From Rhodospirillales bacterium (lineage in GTDB: Bacteria; Pseudomonadota; Alphaproteobacteria; Rhodospirillales; Shumkoniaceae): 64,000 nucleotides of DNA. The stretch is from contig JACZKS010000147.1 of NCBI GenBank assembly GCA_014859895.1, positions 68,642 through 132,641 on the forward strand, written 5' to 3'. Below the pieces are notes generated by a model. That model was given only the letters and a program-made list of their open reading frames with translations. It was not told the DNA's origin and made no database searches. Shown piece by piece: positions 56,867 through 64,000 of this stretch (position 1 is the first letter of the stretch; each line of letters begins with the position of its first letter). The position numbers were made by a program, and so were the translations under genes.

Positions 56867-57230
56867 GCCGCATATCGACGCTCGCCGCAAGAAGTTCGTC
56901 GATTTGATCGGACGTGTGCATCTCGAAATTGGGAATGCTGTCCACGATTGGACGACGGCGGAGAACGTATCCAAGACGGACCTTGCGCGAATTCTTGGCT
57001 GCAACAAGTCGGTCCTGAGCCGTCGCCTGAACGGCACAGCGAACCTGACACTGAAAACGATCGCCGACTTGGCATGGGCAACTGGACGCGATATCGACTT
57101 CGCTCTTCCCAAGGCGGCCCATCGGAACGTTCCCGTTCAAGCACCTCGCCCAGTTGTAACCCGGGTGAGCGCAACAACAACGACAACCGAGGCGCCGACA
57201 ACGCGGGTGGTTACCCTGGTGCACCGGTGA
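56853..57230 (+). CDS. XRE/HigA-like HTH antitoxin with about 40-aa Thr/Val/Pro-rich C-terminal tail
   Basis: SKTDLARILGCNKSVLSRRLNGTANLTLKTIADLAWA, then PVQAPRPVVTRVSATTTTTEAPTTRVVTLVHR. Confidence 0.85.
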   Translation: MRSYRPHIDARRKKFVDLIGRVHLEIGNAVHDWTTAENVSKTDLARILGCNKSVLSRRLNGTANLTLKTIADLAWATGRDIDFALPKAAHRNVPVQAPRPVVTRVSATTTTTEAPTTRVVTLVHR

Positions 57231-57667
57231 TGTCTGAGCGCTACGCATGGTGCCTTTTTTGCGATGATATCCGAGCAGAGCTCGGAGGAAAGTACTCGCT
57301 GATGGGACTATGGGGCCCCCGGTTCGCCTGCCCGGCCTATCCCTTCACTCTGCCGTCTCTTGGCTTGGCGGTGTATTTTCGCACCGCTCCAGACGAAGAT
57401 ATACGAAGCTTGAAGATATGGCTCGAATCTCCGAGCGATCAAAAAGCTGAATTCCAGGTAAATATGGAGGATGTTCCAGGCGATCTCCCGGAGGAGTTTC
57501 CATCCCGCGTCACCATCCTCCATCTTCGTATGTTCAACTTCGTGATCCAGGCTCCTGGATGGATGAAGGCTTTCGTTGAAGCGGACGGCGAACGCTATTA
57601 TGCCGGTGCCGTTTACTGGATGCGGCAAGAGGCGCCCGGAGAACAGGGAGAGCGGAAGGCATTGTAA
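57230..57667 (+). CDS. DUF6941-like beta-sandwich protein
   Basis: AWCLFCDDIRAELGGKYSLMG N-terminal signature; TGATG-coupled to the HTH gene. Confidence 0.75.
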   Translation: MSERYAWCLFCDDIRAELGGKYSLMGLWGPRFACPAYPFTLPSLGLAVYFRTAPDEDIRSLKIWLESPSDQKAEFQVNMEDVPGDLPEEFPSRVTILHLRMFNFVIQAPGWMKAFVEADGERYYAGAVYWMRQEAPGEQGERKAL

Positions 57668-57696
57668 TCGGCATTCTCTCCCACAGAGTAAAATCT

Positions 57697-58191
57697 ATGT
57701 GTGGTCGACTCAGCCAGAAGCATGCCCAAATGGCCGCCGACAGCCAAGCATGCGAAAATGCCGACAGGCAGCCCAGCGTCTATATCGCCTGCACGCGTGC
57801 CAAGGGCTACCGCCAGGCCAACCATGAAGACGTGGGGCCGGCAGGGGCGTTGGTTTATCGGTGGGTCGATCTTCGTCGCAACAACGCGAAGGCCTATGAC
57901 GATCTCACCGCCTGCCAATCCAGCGCGCCCCAGGAAACCATCGCGCGCACCCTGGCGGTTGAAACCTGCATGACGCAGCGGGGATACCTCCTCTGGACGG
58001 GTGGCGAGGTCGACGATTACGAGCGGCTGGCCGGCGGCGCCCGGGATGTTTACGGCGCCTGCATGATCGACGTCGATAGGAAGCTTCCTCTAAGCCAAGT
58101 CAGGCCGAGCGAACTAGACGGGCGCCGCCAGCTGCGCGACGCTTGCATGTCGGGCCTGGGTTATGCCGGCGGACAGCGGCCGCACCTTTGA
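57697..58191 (+). CDS. Protein with three tandem two-Cys repeats ending in C..xxGY
   Basis: QAC...ACTRAKGY, TAC...TCMTQRGY and GAC...ACMSGLGY. Confidence 0.6.
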   Translation: MCGRLSQKHAQMAADSQACENADRQPSVYIACTRAKGYRQANHEDVGPAGALVYRWVDLRRNNAKAYDDLTACQSSAPQETIARTLAVETCMTQRGYLLWTGGEVDDYERLAGGARDVYGACMIDVDRKLPLSQVRPSELDGRRQLRDACMSGLGYAGGQRPHL

Positions 58192-58209
58192 TACCTATCG
58201 TCGGGGAGG

Positions 58210-58614
58210 ATGCGCATGAGATGGGCAGGCTTGATTGTGCTGGCCGCCGTAATTGCGTGGCCCGCATTGGCCGAAGAGACCGCCGGGCGGAAGGATTACA
58301 CTTCGGTTCGGGGCATGACCGAGTTTGAGGCACTCCCAGGTGGCCACGACCTTATGGCCATCTACTTCCATGCCGTGGACGATGCGCTCGGCTACGGGAA
58401 TTTCTATCTGACGGCACGGGGAGGCGCCCCGTTTTTCTGCCCCCCTGCGAAGTTGGCCCTGAACGCAGGAAATTACAGGAAGATCCTGCTCGACGAGGTG
58501 GCCCGCCTACGAAGGCTCAAACCGGCCAACAAGGAATGGCAGGACAAAATCGACCGCTCGAACATAGGGATGATCTTGGTGGATGCCCTGTATCGGACCT
58601 TTCCATGCAAATAG
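58210..58614 (+). CDS. Secreted Rap1a/Tai4-like immunity protein
   Basis: Signal peptide (ALA-E); FCPP and terminal ALYRTFPCK two-Cys pattern. Confidence 0.6.
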   Translation: MRMRWAGLIVLAAVIAWPALAEETAGRKDYTSVRGMTEFEALPGGHDLMAIYFHAVDDALGYGNFYLTARGGAPFFCPPAKLALNAGNYRKILLDEVARLRRLKPANKEWQDKIDRSNIGMILVDALYRTFPCK

Positions 58615-58690
58615 GGGCCAGGACACCGGATGCTGATCCGCTGACGGCGCCCTCTGTTGCAGCAGGATGGGGCGCCCTATCTTTTCCAGC

Positions 58691-59377
58691 ATGTGCGGGC
58701 GTTTTTCCCAGGTACTGACGTGGCGCGAGTTGCATGCGCTCTACAGCCTGACCGGGCCGGAGCGCAACGTCGTGCCGCGCTACAACATCCGGCCAACGAA
58801 CCAAGTGTGGATCGTGCGCGCCGGGGAAGACGACGGCCGCGAGCTGGCGTCGGCCGTGTGGTGGCTGGTGCCGCCGTGGGCCGACAAGCCGGATCAGCGC
58901 TTCGCCATGTTCAACGCCCGGGCTGAAACCCTGTCGGAGAAAAAGGCATTCGCCGGCCCGTTTCGGTCGCGGCGCTGCCTCATCCCGTTTACCGGCTGGT
59001 ACGAGTGGCGAGCCGAGGGCAAGGCCAAGCAGCCCTATTACCTGGCGCTGCGCTCCGGGCCCTTCGCGGTGGCCGGGCTGTGGGAGATCAGCCTGCGCGC
59101 GGCGGCGCCCATCGTCTCGTGTACCGTCGTCACGGTGCCGGCGAACGACCTAGTGGCGAAGTACCATCCGAAACAGCGCATGCCGGCCATCCTCAAGCCC
59201 GAGGATTGGGGCCCATGGCTCGATACCAAGACGGTCACGCCGGAGTTCGCGGCCAACCTGCTGGCGTCATGGCCGAGCGAGGAGATGACCGTGCACGCCG
59301 TGGATCCGCGCCACGTCAACGCGCCCATCGATACCCCGCTGGCCATCGAGAAGTGGAAGACGCTGCCGGCGCGGTAG
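58691..59377 (+). CDS. SOS response-associated peptidase (SRAP/YedK/HMCES family)
   Basis: MCGRF N-terminus, RYNIRPT, FNARAET, RRCLIPFTGWYEW and HPKQRMPAIL. Confidence 0.93.
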   Translation: MCGRFSQVLTWRELHALYSLTGPERNVVPRYNIRPTNQVWIVRAGEDDGRELASAVWWLVPPWADKPDQRFAMFNARAETLSEKKAFAGPFRSRRCLIPFTGWYEWRAEGKAKQPYYLALRSGPFAVAGLWEISLRAAAPIVSCTVVTVPANDLVAKYHPKQRMPAILKPEDWGPWLDTKTVTPEFAANLLASWPSEEMTVHAVDPRHVNAPIDTPLAIEKWKTLPAR

Positions 59378-59385
59378 ACTGAACT

Positions 59386-60639
59386 TCACATGATCCGCGG
59401 CGGGCCATCGCCCGGGTTGCTCTCTGCCGTTGCGCAATAGCTTGCCCAGTCATTCATCAAGCAACTGCGCTTCTCGTACAACTTGCCGCGCTGGTATGCC
59501 CTCTTGACCTTGTCGGGAATAGTGTGGCCCAGGGCCATTTCTGACACTTCCTCAGGGTATTTCGTACATTCCGTGGCCCAAGTCTTTAGGGTGGCTCGAA
59601 AGCCATGATCCGTGATATCGGCGTACCCAAGGGTGTCGAGCAATTTCAGGAGATTCGACGACGATATCCGCTCGTTTCGACTCCCTTGCGAAAAGACAAG
59701 CCGATCCCCGGAATCGGCCATTCCGATTTCATCCCTTACATCAACGACGTCAAGAATATCGATCGCGCCGTCGGAGAGCGGCACCAGGTGTTCAACCTTC
59801 GACTTCGTGCGTTCCGCGGGGATCGTCCACATTTTCTTGTCGAGATCTATTTCCTTCCAGGTAGCCAGCGTCACTTCGCTGGCACGCACACCGGTCAAAA
59901 GCTGGAATTCAAGCGCCAGCCCAACGACGCTTGGCTCCAATCGCAGCGCAACCAACAACGGTCCGACGCTGTCATAGTGAAGGGCCGGGTGATGCTTGGT
60001 CTTTTTGATCTTCGTGGGAGCCCGCAGGACGGAGGCAAGATGCTTTTCCCACGCGGCCGGGTTGCTTCTGTCTTTGAGATCGTTGGTCGCATATGCGTAG
60101 GCCAATATGGATTCGATCCGACCCCGCAGGCGATGGGCCGTCACCGGAATGGTGGACCAGATCGGACGGAGGCATTTCAGGACGTGCCCGGTCCTAATTT
60201 CGTCGACGCTCATATCCCCGAGCACAGGATAGGCGTACGTTTCCAGTGTGCTCTCCCACTGTGCGGCATGCTTGTCGTTTGCCCAGTCGGCCTTGTGATC
60301 CACGATATAGGCCGCCGCCCATTGCCGAAACGGCTTATTCTTTTCCTCCTCCTCCGCAGTTTCCCGATCGGTGCTTTCGCGCGCCTCGATCGGGTCGATT
60401 CCCCTGCGGACAAGCCTTTCGCAATCTTTCGCTTTCTCGCGGGCGTCATCCAGAGAATATCCCTTTAGCGATCCGAGCCCCATTTCCCGCGCCTTGCGGT
60501 GCAGCATGAAACGGTAAATCCACGATTTCGTGCCAAAGGCGCTGACTTGGAGCCACAAGCCTCCACCATCTCCATATTTGCCCCGACGATCGACGGTGGC
60601 GACGAATCGGTCCGACAACTTATGAATGCAGCGTGCCAT
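59386..60639 (-). CDS. P4/CP4-type tyrosine integrase (integrase 2)
   Basis: DGGGLWLQVS...KSW and MGLGS; catalytic R (VRASE), HGFR, LGH and Y (RAYQRG) intact. Start re-called at MARCIHKL. Confidence 0.95.
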   Translation of the reverse strand: MARCIHKLSDRFVATVDRRGKYGDGGGLWLQVSAFGTKSWIYRFMLHRKAREMGLGSLKGYSLDDAREKAKDCERLVRRGIDPIEARESTDRETAEEEEKNKPFRQWAAAYIVDHKADWANDKHAAQWESTLETYAYPVLGDMSVDEIRTGHVLKCLRPIWSTIPVTAHRLRGRIESILAYAYATNDLKDRSNPAAWEKHLASVLRAPTKIKKTKHHPALHYDSVGPLLVALRLEPSVVGLALEFQLLTGVRASEVTLATWKEIDLDKKMWTIPAERTKSKVEHLVPLSDGAIDILDVVDVRDEIGMADSGDRLVFSQGSRNERISSSNLLKLLDTLGYADITDHGFRATLKTWATECTKYPEEVSEMALGHTIPDKVKRAYQRGKLYEKRSCLMNDWASYCATAESNPGDGPPRIM

Positions 60640-60788
60640 AGAAAAAGCCCTCCTGTTGGGAAAATTGCCCACGCACAGGTCGGAATTTCCAACGCAGGAT
60701 TACCGCGCTTCGGTTTGTAGGCTGGTTTGTGGGCTAAAGAATATTGTATTTTATAATGCGTTGAAAATAAACGCTTTTATAAAATAGT

Positions 60789-60878
60789 TGGCGGAGGGGG
60801 TGGGATTCGAACCCACGGTACCCGCAAGGGTACAACGGTTTTCGAGACCGTCCCAATCGACCACTCTGGCACCCCTCC
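60789..60878 (-). tRNA. tRNA-Ser(CGA), 90 nt, encoded CCA
   Basis: GGAGGGGTGCCAGAGTGGTCGATTGGGACGGTCTCGAAAACCGTTGTACCCTTGCGGGTACCGTGGGTTCGAATCCCACCCCCTCCGCCA: long variable arm, GTTCGAAT T-loop. Confidence 0.97.
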
Positions 60879-61036
60879 GCAAATCGGGTTCCAATTCTCC
60901 CTCGATGGAGGGGTGGTCGGCACGGGGCGCGGAGATTAGCCGAGGGCGTGCCGCCTCGCAAGCACCTAACGAGGCGATCGGCGCGGCGGAATCGGTCGGG
61001 AGTCGAAAAAGGCCGGGCAGTCCCCGCCAATCATCG

Positions 61037-61064
61037 TTGACATCGGGGGTTTTGCGGCTATATT
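61037..61064 (+). promoter_or_regulatory. Putative sigma70 promoter of rplU-rpmA
   Basis: TTGACA-16 nt-TATATT. Confidence 0.55.
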
Positions 61065-61133
61065 GCCGCCTCTTTTCGCGGGCCTCGCGGCAGCGCGGGC
61101 GCTCGTGTTCGTGATGAACGCAGTGGGGCGAAG

Positions 61134-61691
61134 ATGTTCGCAGTCATCAAGACCGGCGGTAAGCAATATAAAGTGTCCAAGGACGACGTGCTGACCGTCG
61201 AAACGCTGGCCGGTGCGCCGGGCGACCTGATCCAGGTCGGCGACGTGCTGATGCTTGGCGAGGACGGCCAGGAACCGACGGTCGGCGCGCCGATGGTCGA
61301 CAAGGCGGCGGTATTCGCCGAGGTCCTGGATCAAACTCGTGGCAAGAAGATCCTCGTCTTCAAGAAGGAGCGCCGGCAGAACCACCGCCGCAAGATCGGC
61401 CATCGCCAGAACCTGACGGTGCTGCGCATCGAGGCGATCAGCCCGACCGGCGAAAAGCCGGCCTTCGAGGCGAAAGCCAAGGTCAAGGTGGCAAAGCCGA
61501 AGGTCGAAGCGGACGTCGAGGACGACGGTGACGCCCCGGTGAAGGCCAAGGCCAAAACCAAGGCGAAGGCGAAGGCCGCGGCCAAGCCGAAAGCGGCGGC
61601 GAAGGCCAAGAGCGAATCCAAACCCAAGGCAGCGAAGTCGGGCGGTACGGCCAAGGCCGGCGCCAAGAAACCCGCCAAGTCGAAGGAGTAA
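61134..61691 (+). CDS. rplU: 50S ribosomal protein L21 with Lys/Ala-rich C-terminal extension
   Basis: [14 protein letters not shown]...[13 protein letters not shown], then a KAKAKA-rich tail. Confidence 0.96.
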   Translation: MFAVIKTGGKQYKVSKDDVLTVETLAGAPGDLIQVGDVLMLGEDGQEPTVGAPMVDKAAVFAEVLDQTRGKKILVFKKERRQNHRRKIGHRQNLTVLRIEAISPTGEKPAFEAKAKVKVAKPKVEADVEDDGDAPVKAKAKTKAKAKAAAKPKAAAKAKSESKPKAAKSGGTAKAGAKKPAKSKE

Positions 61692-61697
61692 CCCGTC

Positions 61698-61958
61698 ATG
61701 GCGCATAAGAAAGCAGGCGGCAGTTCCCGCAACGGACGCGACAGCGCCGGCCGGCGCCTGGGCGTCAAGCACTTCGGCGACGAGCTGGTGGTTCCCGGCA
61801 ACATCATCGTGCGCCAGCGCGGCACCCAATTCCATCCGGGCGAGAACGTCGGCATGGGCCGCGACCACACGCTGTTCGCCAAGGTCGAGGGCAAAGTGAA
61901 GTTCCGCCACAAGGCGCAAGGCCGCACCTACATCGTGGTGGAGCCGTCGAAAGCCTGA
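61698..61958 (+). CDS. rpmA: 50S ribosomal protein L27
   Basis: [24 protein letters not shown]. Confidence 0.98.
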   Translation: MAHKKAGGSSRNGRDSAGRRLGVKHFGDELVVPGNIIVRQRGTQFHPGENVGMGRDHTLFAKVEGKVKFRHKAQGRTYIVVEPSKA

Positions 61959-61986
61959 GGGGTCCTGGCCATTCGCTGAAAAAAGC

Positions 61987-62015
61987 GGGGGAATGGCCAG
62001 CCATTCCCCCTTTTT
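61987..62015 (+). terminator. Rho-independent terminator after rpmA
   Basis: GGGGGAATGG-CCAG-CCATTCCCCC hairpin followed by TTTTT. Confidence 0.8.
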
Positions 62016-62053
62016 GATTCAGGGATCGTCAATCGGGTTTTCGGGGACCGGGG

Positions 62054-63091
62054 ATGAAGTTTCTCGACGAGGCCAAGATCTTCGTCAAAAGCGGAGACGG
62101 CGGTGACGGCTGCGTGGCGTTCCGCCGCGAGAAGTTCATCGAGTTCGGCGGCCCCAACGGCGGCGACGGCGGGCGCGGCGGCAACGTTGTCGTGGAATGC
62201 GCCGACGGGCTGAACACGCTGATCGATTTCCGCTACCGCCAGCACTTCAAGGCCGACCGCGGCCAGAACGGCATGGGCCAGAATCGCAGCGGAGCCGGCG
62301 GCAAGGATGTCGTCATCCGCGTGCCGGTCGGAACGCAAATCCTCGACGAGGACAAGGAAACCGTGCTGATCGACATGACCGAGGTCGGCCAGCGCGCGTA
62401 CTTGGCGCGGGGCGGCGACGGCGGTTTCGGCAACACCCACTTCAAGTCCTCGACCAACCAGGCACCGCGCCGCACCACCCCCGGCTGGCCCGGCCAGGAG
62501 CGTTGGGTTTGGCTGCGCCTGAAGCTGATCGCCGACGCTGGGCTGGTCGGCCTGCCCAATGCCGGCAAGTCGACCTTCCTGGCCGCCGTATCCCGCGCCC
62601 GGCCCAAGATCGCGGATTATCCCTTCACCACGCTGCACCCGCAGCTTGGCGTCGTTCACGTGGATAACGGCGAGTTCGTCATGGCCGACATCCCCGGCCT
62701 CATCGAGGGGGCGCACGAGGGGGCCGGCCTGGGCGACCGCTTCCTCGGCCACATCGAGCGCTGCGGCGTGCTTTTGCACCTGGTAGACGGCACAGCCGAG
62801 GACATCGCCGGCGCCTACATCGCGATTCGCGACGAGCTCATTGCCTATGGCGGCGGGCTCGCCGAAAAGCCCGAGGTGCTGGCGCTCAACAAGTGCGACG
62901 CCCTGACGGCGGAAGCCATCGCCGAGAAGTCCGCCAAGCTCGCCGCCGCCGCTGGTCACCCGGCGGCGGTGCTTTCAGGAGCCACCGGGCTCGGCGTCGA
63001 AGCGGTGCTGCGCGAGCTTCGGGCATTCATCACCAAGGGCCGGGACAAGGCCCAGGACAGCGAAGAAGGCGGAGGACCGTTCGTGCCATGA
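62054..63091 (+). CDS. obgE: GTPase ObgE/CgtA
   Basis: [30 protein letters not shown] and NKCD motifs. Confidence 0.97.
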   Translation: MKFLDEAKIFVKSGDGGDGCVAFRREKFIEFGGPNGGDGGRGGNVVVECADGLNTLIDFRYRQHFKADRGQNGMGQNRSGAGGKDVVIRVPVGTQILDEDKETVLIDMTEVGQRAYLARGGDGGFGNTHFKSSTNQAPRRTTPGWPGQERWVWLRLKLIADAGLVGLPNAGKSTFLAAVSRARPKIADYPFTTLHPQLGVVHVDNGEFVMADIPGLIEGAHEGAGLGDRFLGHIERCGVLLHLVDGTAEDIAGAYIAIRDELIAYGGGLAEKPEVLALNKCDALTAEAIAEKSAKLAAAAGHPAAVLSGATGLGVEAVLRELRAFITKGRDKAQDSEEGGGPFVP

Positions 63092-64000
63092 GCACCTCGA
63101 AGAACGATTACCTGGCGACCGGCAAGCGCATCGTCGTCAAGATCGGCTCGGCCCTGCTGGTCGCCAAAAGCGGCGCCATCCACAAGAAGTGGCTGCAGGC
63201 GCTGGCCGACGACGTCGCGCGCTGCCGGGCGCGCGGCCAGGAGGTCATCCTGGTTTCCTCGGGCGCCATCGCCGCCGGCCGGCGCCAGCTGGGCTTCGCC
63301 GACGGCGAGCTCCGGCTGGAGGAAAAGCAGGCGGCCGCCGCCACCGGCATGATTCGCCTCACCGGCGCCTATCAGGAATGCCTAGGGGTGCACGGCATCA
63401 CCGTCGCCCAGATCCTGCTAACGCTGGACGACAGCGAAAACCGCCGACGCTACATCAATGCGCGGAACACGCTGAACACGCTCTTGAAGCTGGGCGCCGT
63501 GCCGATCATCAACGAGAACGACACGGTGGCCACCGACGAGATCCGCTTCGGCGACAACGACCGCCTGGGTGCCCGGGTCGCCGCCATGACCACCGCCGAC
63601 GTCCTGGTCCTGCTTTCCGACATCGACGGCCTTTACACGGCCGATCCGCACACCGACCCCAATGCCCGCCATCTGCCTGAGATCCACGAGATCACGCCGG
63701 AGATCGAGGCGATGGCCGGCGCCTCGCTGCCCGGATTCGGGGTCGGCGGCATGGTCACCAAGCTGGCCGCCGCGCGGGTCTGCCTCAACGTCGGCTGCCG
63801 CATGGTGCTGACCGCCGGCAACCACCTGAACCCCTTGAAGCGCATCGAGGAGGGGGCGCGCTGCACCTGGTTCCTGCCCGGCGCGACACCGCACACCGCG
63901 CGGAAGCGCTGGATCGCCGGCACGCTCAAGGCGGTCGGCGACATCGTGCTCGACGACGGCGCGCTCAACGCGCTGCGGGCCGGCAAGAGCATCCTCCCGG
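63088..64000 (+). CDS. proB: Glutamate 5-kinase (partial; runs off the window)
   Basis: Not in the ORF track. [37 protein letters not shown] and GGMVTKL; ATGA-coupled to obgE. Confidence 0.95.
   Translation, partial: MSTSKNDYLATGKRIVVKIGSALLVAKSGAIHKKWLQALADDVARCRARGQEVILVSSGAIAAGRRQLGFADGELRLEEKQAAAATGMIRLTGAYQECLGVHGITVAQILLTLDDSENRRRYINARNTLNTLLKLGAVPIINENDTVATDEIRFGDNDRLGARVAAMTTADVLVLLSDIDGLYTADPHTDPNARHLPEIHEITPEIEAMAGASLPGFGVGGMVTKLAAARVCLNVGCRMVLTAGNHLNPLKRIEEGARCTWFLPGATPHTARKRWIAGTLKAVGDIVLDDGALNALRAGKSILP

Larger units (their letters stand above)
42496..60802. mobile_element. 18.3-kb integrative element (phage satellite-like or defective prophage) in tRNA-Ser(CGA)
   Basis: 14-bp flanking direct repeats, two tyrosine integrases, AlpA/DUF1376/DnaB/RuvC module and AT-richer intergenic DNA. 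Confidence 0.88.

Noticed and set aside
1-64000. CRISPR array, rRNA, IS transposase, retron or group II intron reverse transcriptase
   Set aside because: No regularly spaced repeats, rRNA-like sequence, DDE/HUH transposase or RT motifs were recognised by eye.

Overview
GC-rich alphaproteobacterial (Rhodospirillales-like) chromosomal segment in four parts. (1) 1-15804: a large purine/allantoin catabolism cluster, mostly on the minus strand. It holds a deaminase, PuuE, an NCS1 transporter, an amidohydrolase, a hydantoin racemase, a LIV-type ABC transporter, carbamate kinase, an asparaginase, an atypical transcarbamylase, AllE and AllA, with a divergent ROK regulator. (2) 15.8-36 kb: housekeeping and accessory genes, including an inositol-type ABC transporter and dehydrogenase, ppnP, a four-module NfnA-NfnB-zinc ribbon-rubrerythrin fusion, a TrmH-type methylase, rlmJ, a CvrA antiporter and TetR-SDR-RND efflux. 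(3) 36.1-60.8 kb: a mobile-element hotspot at the 3' end of tRNA-Ser(CGA). A decayed island (36.1-42.3 kb, many pseudogenes) is followed by an 18.3-kb element bounded by a 14-bp direct repeat of the tRNA 3' end. That element has two inward-facing P4-type integrases, a satellite-like replication operon (AlpA, DUF1376, DnaB, RuvC) with no recognisable packaging genes, many small exported proteins, and a translationally coupled RelE-like toxin / tailed HTH antitoxin / DUF6941-like triad that looks like a toxin-antitoxin-chaperone system without SecB. (4) 61.1-64 kb: rplU-rpmA-obgE-proB. Family assignments come from motif recognition only; no database searches were run.
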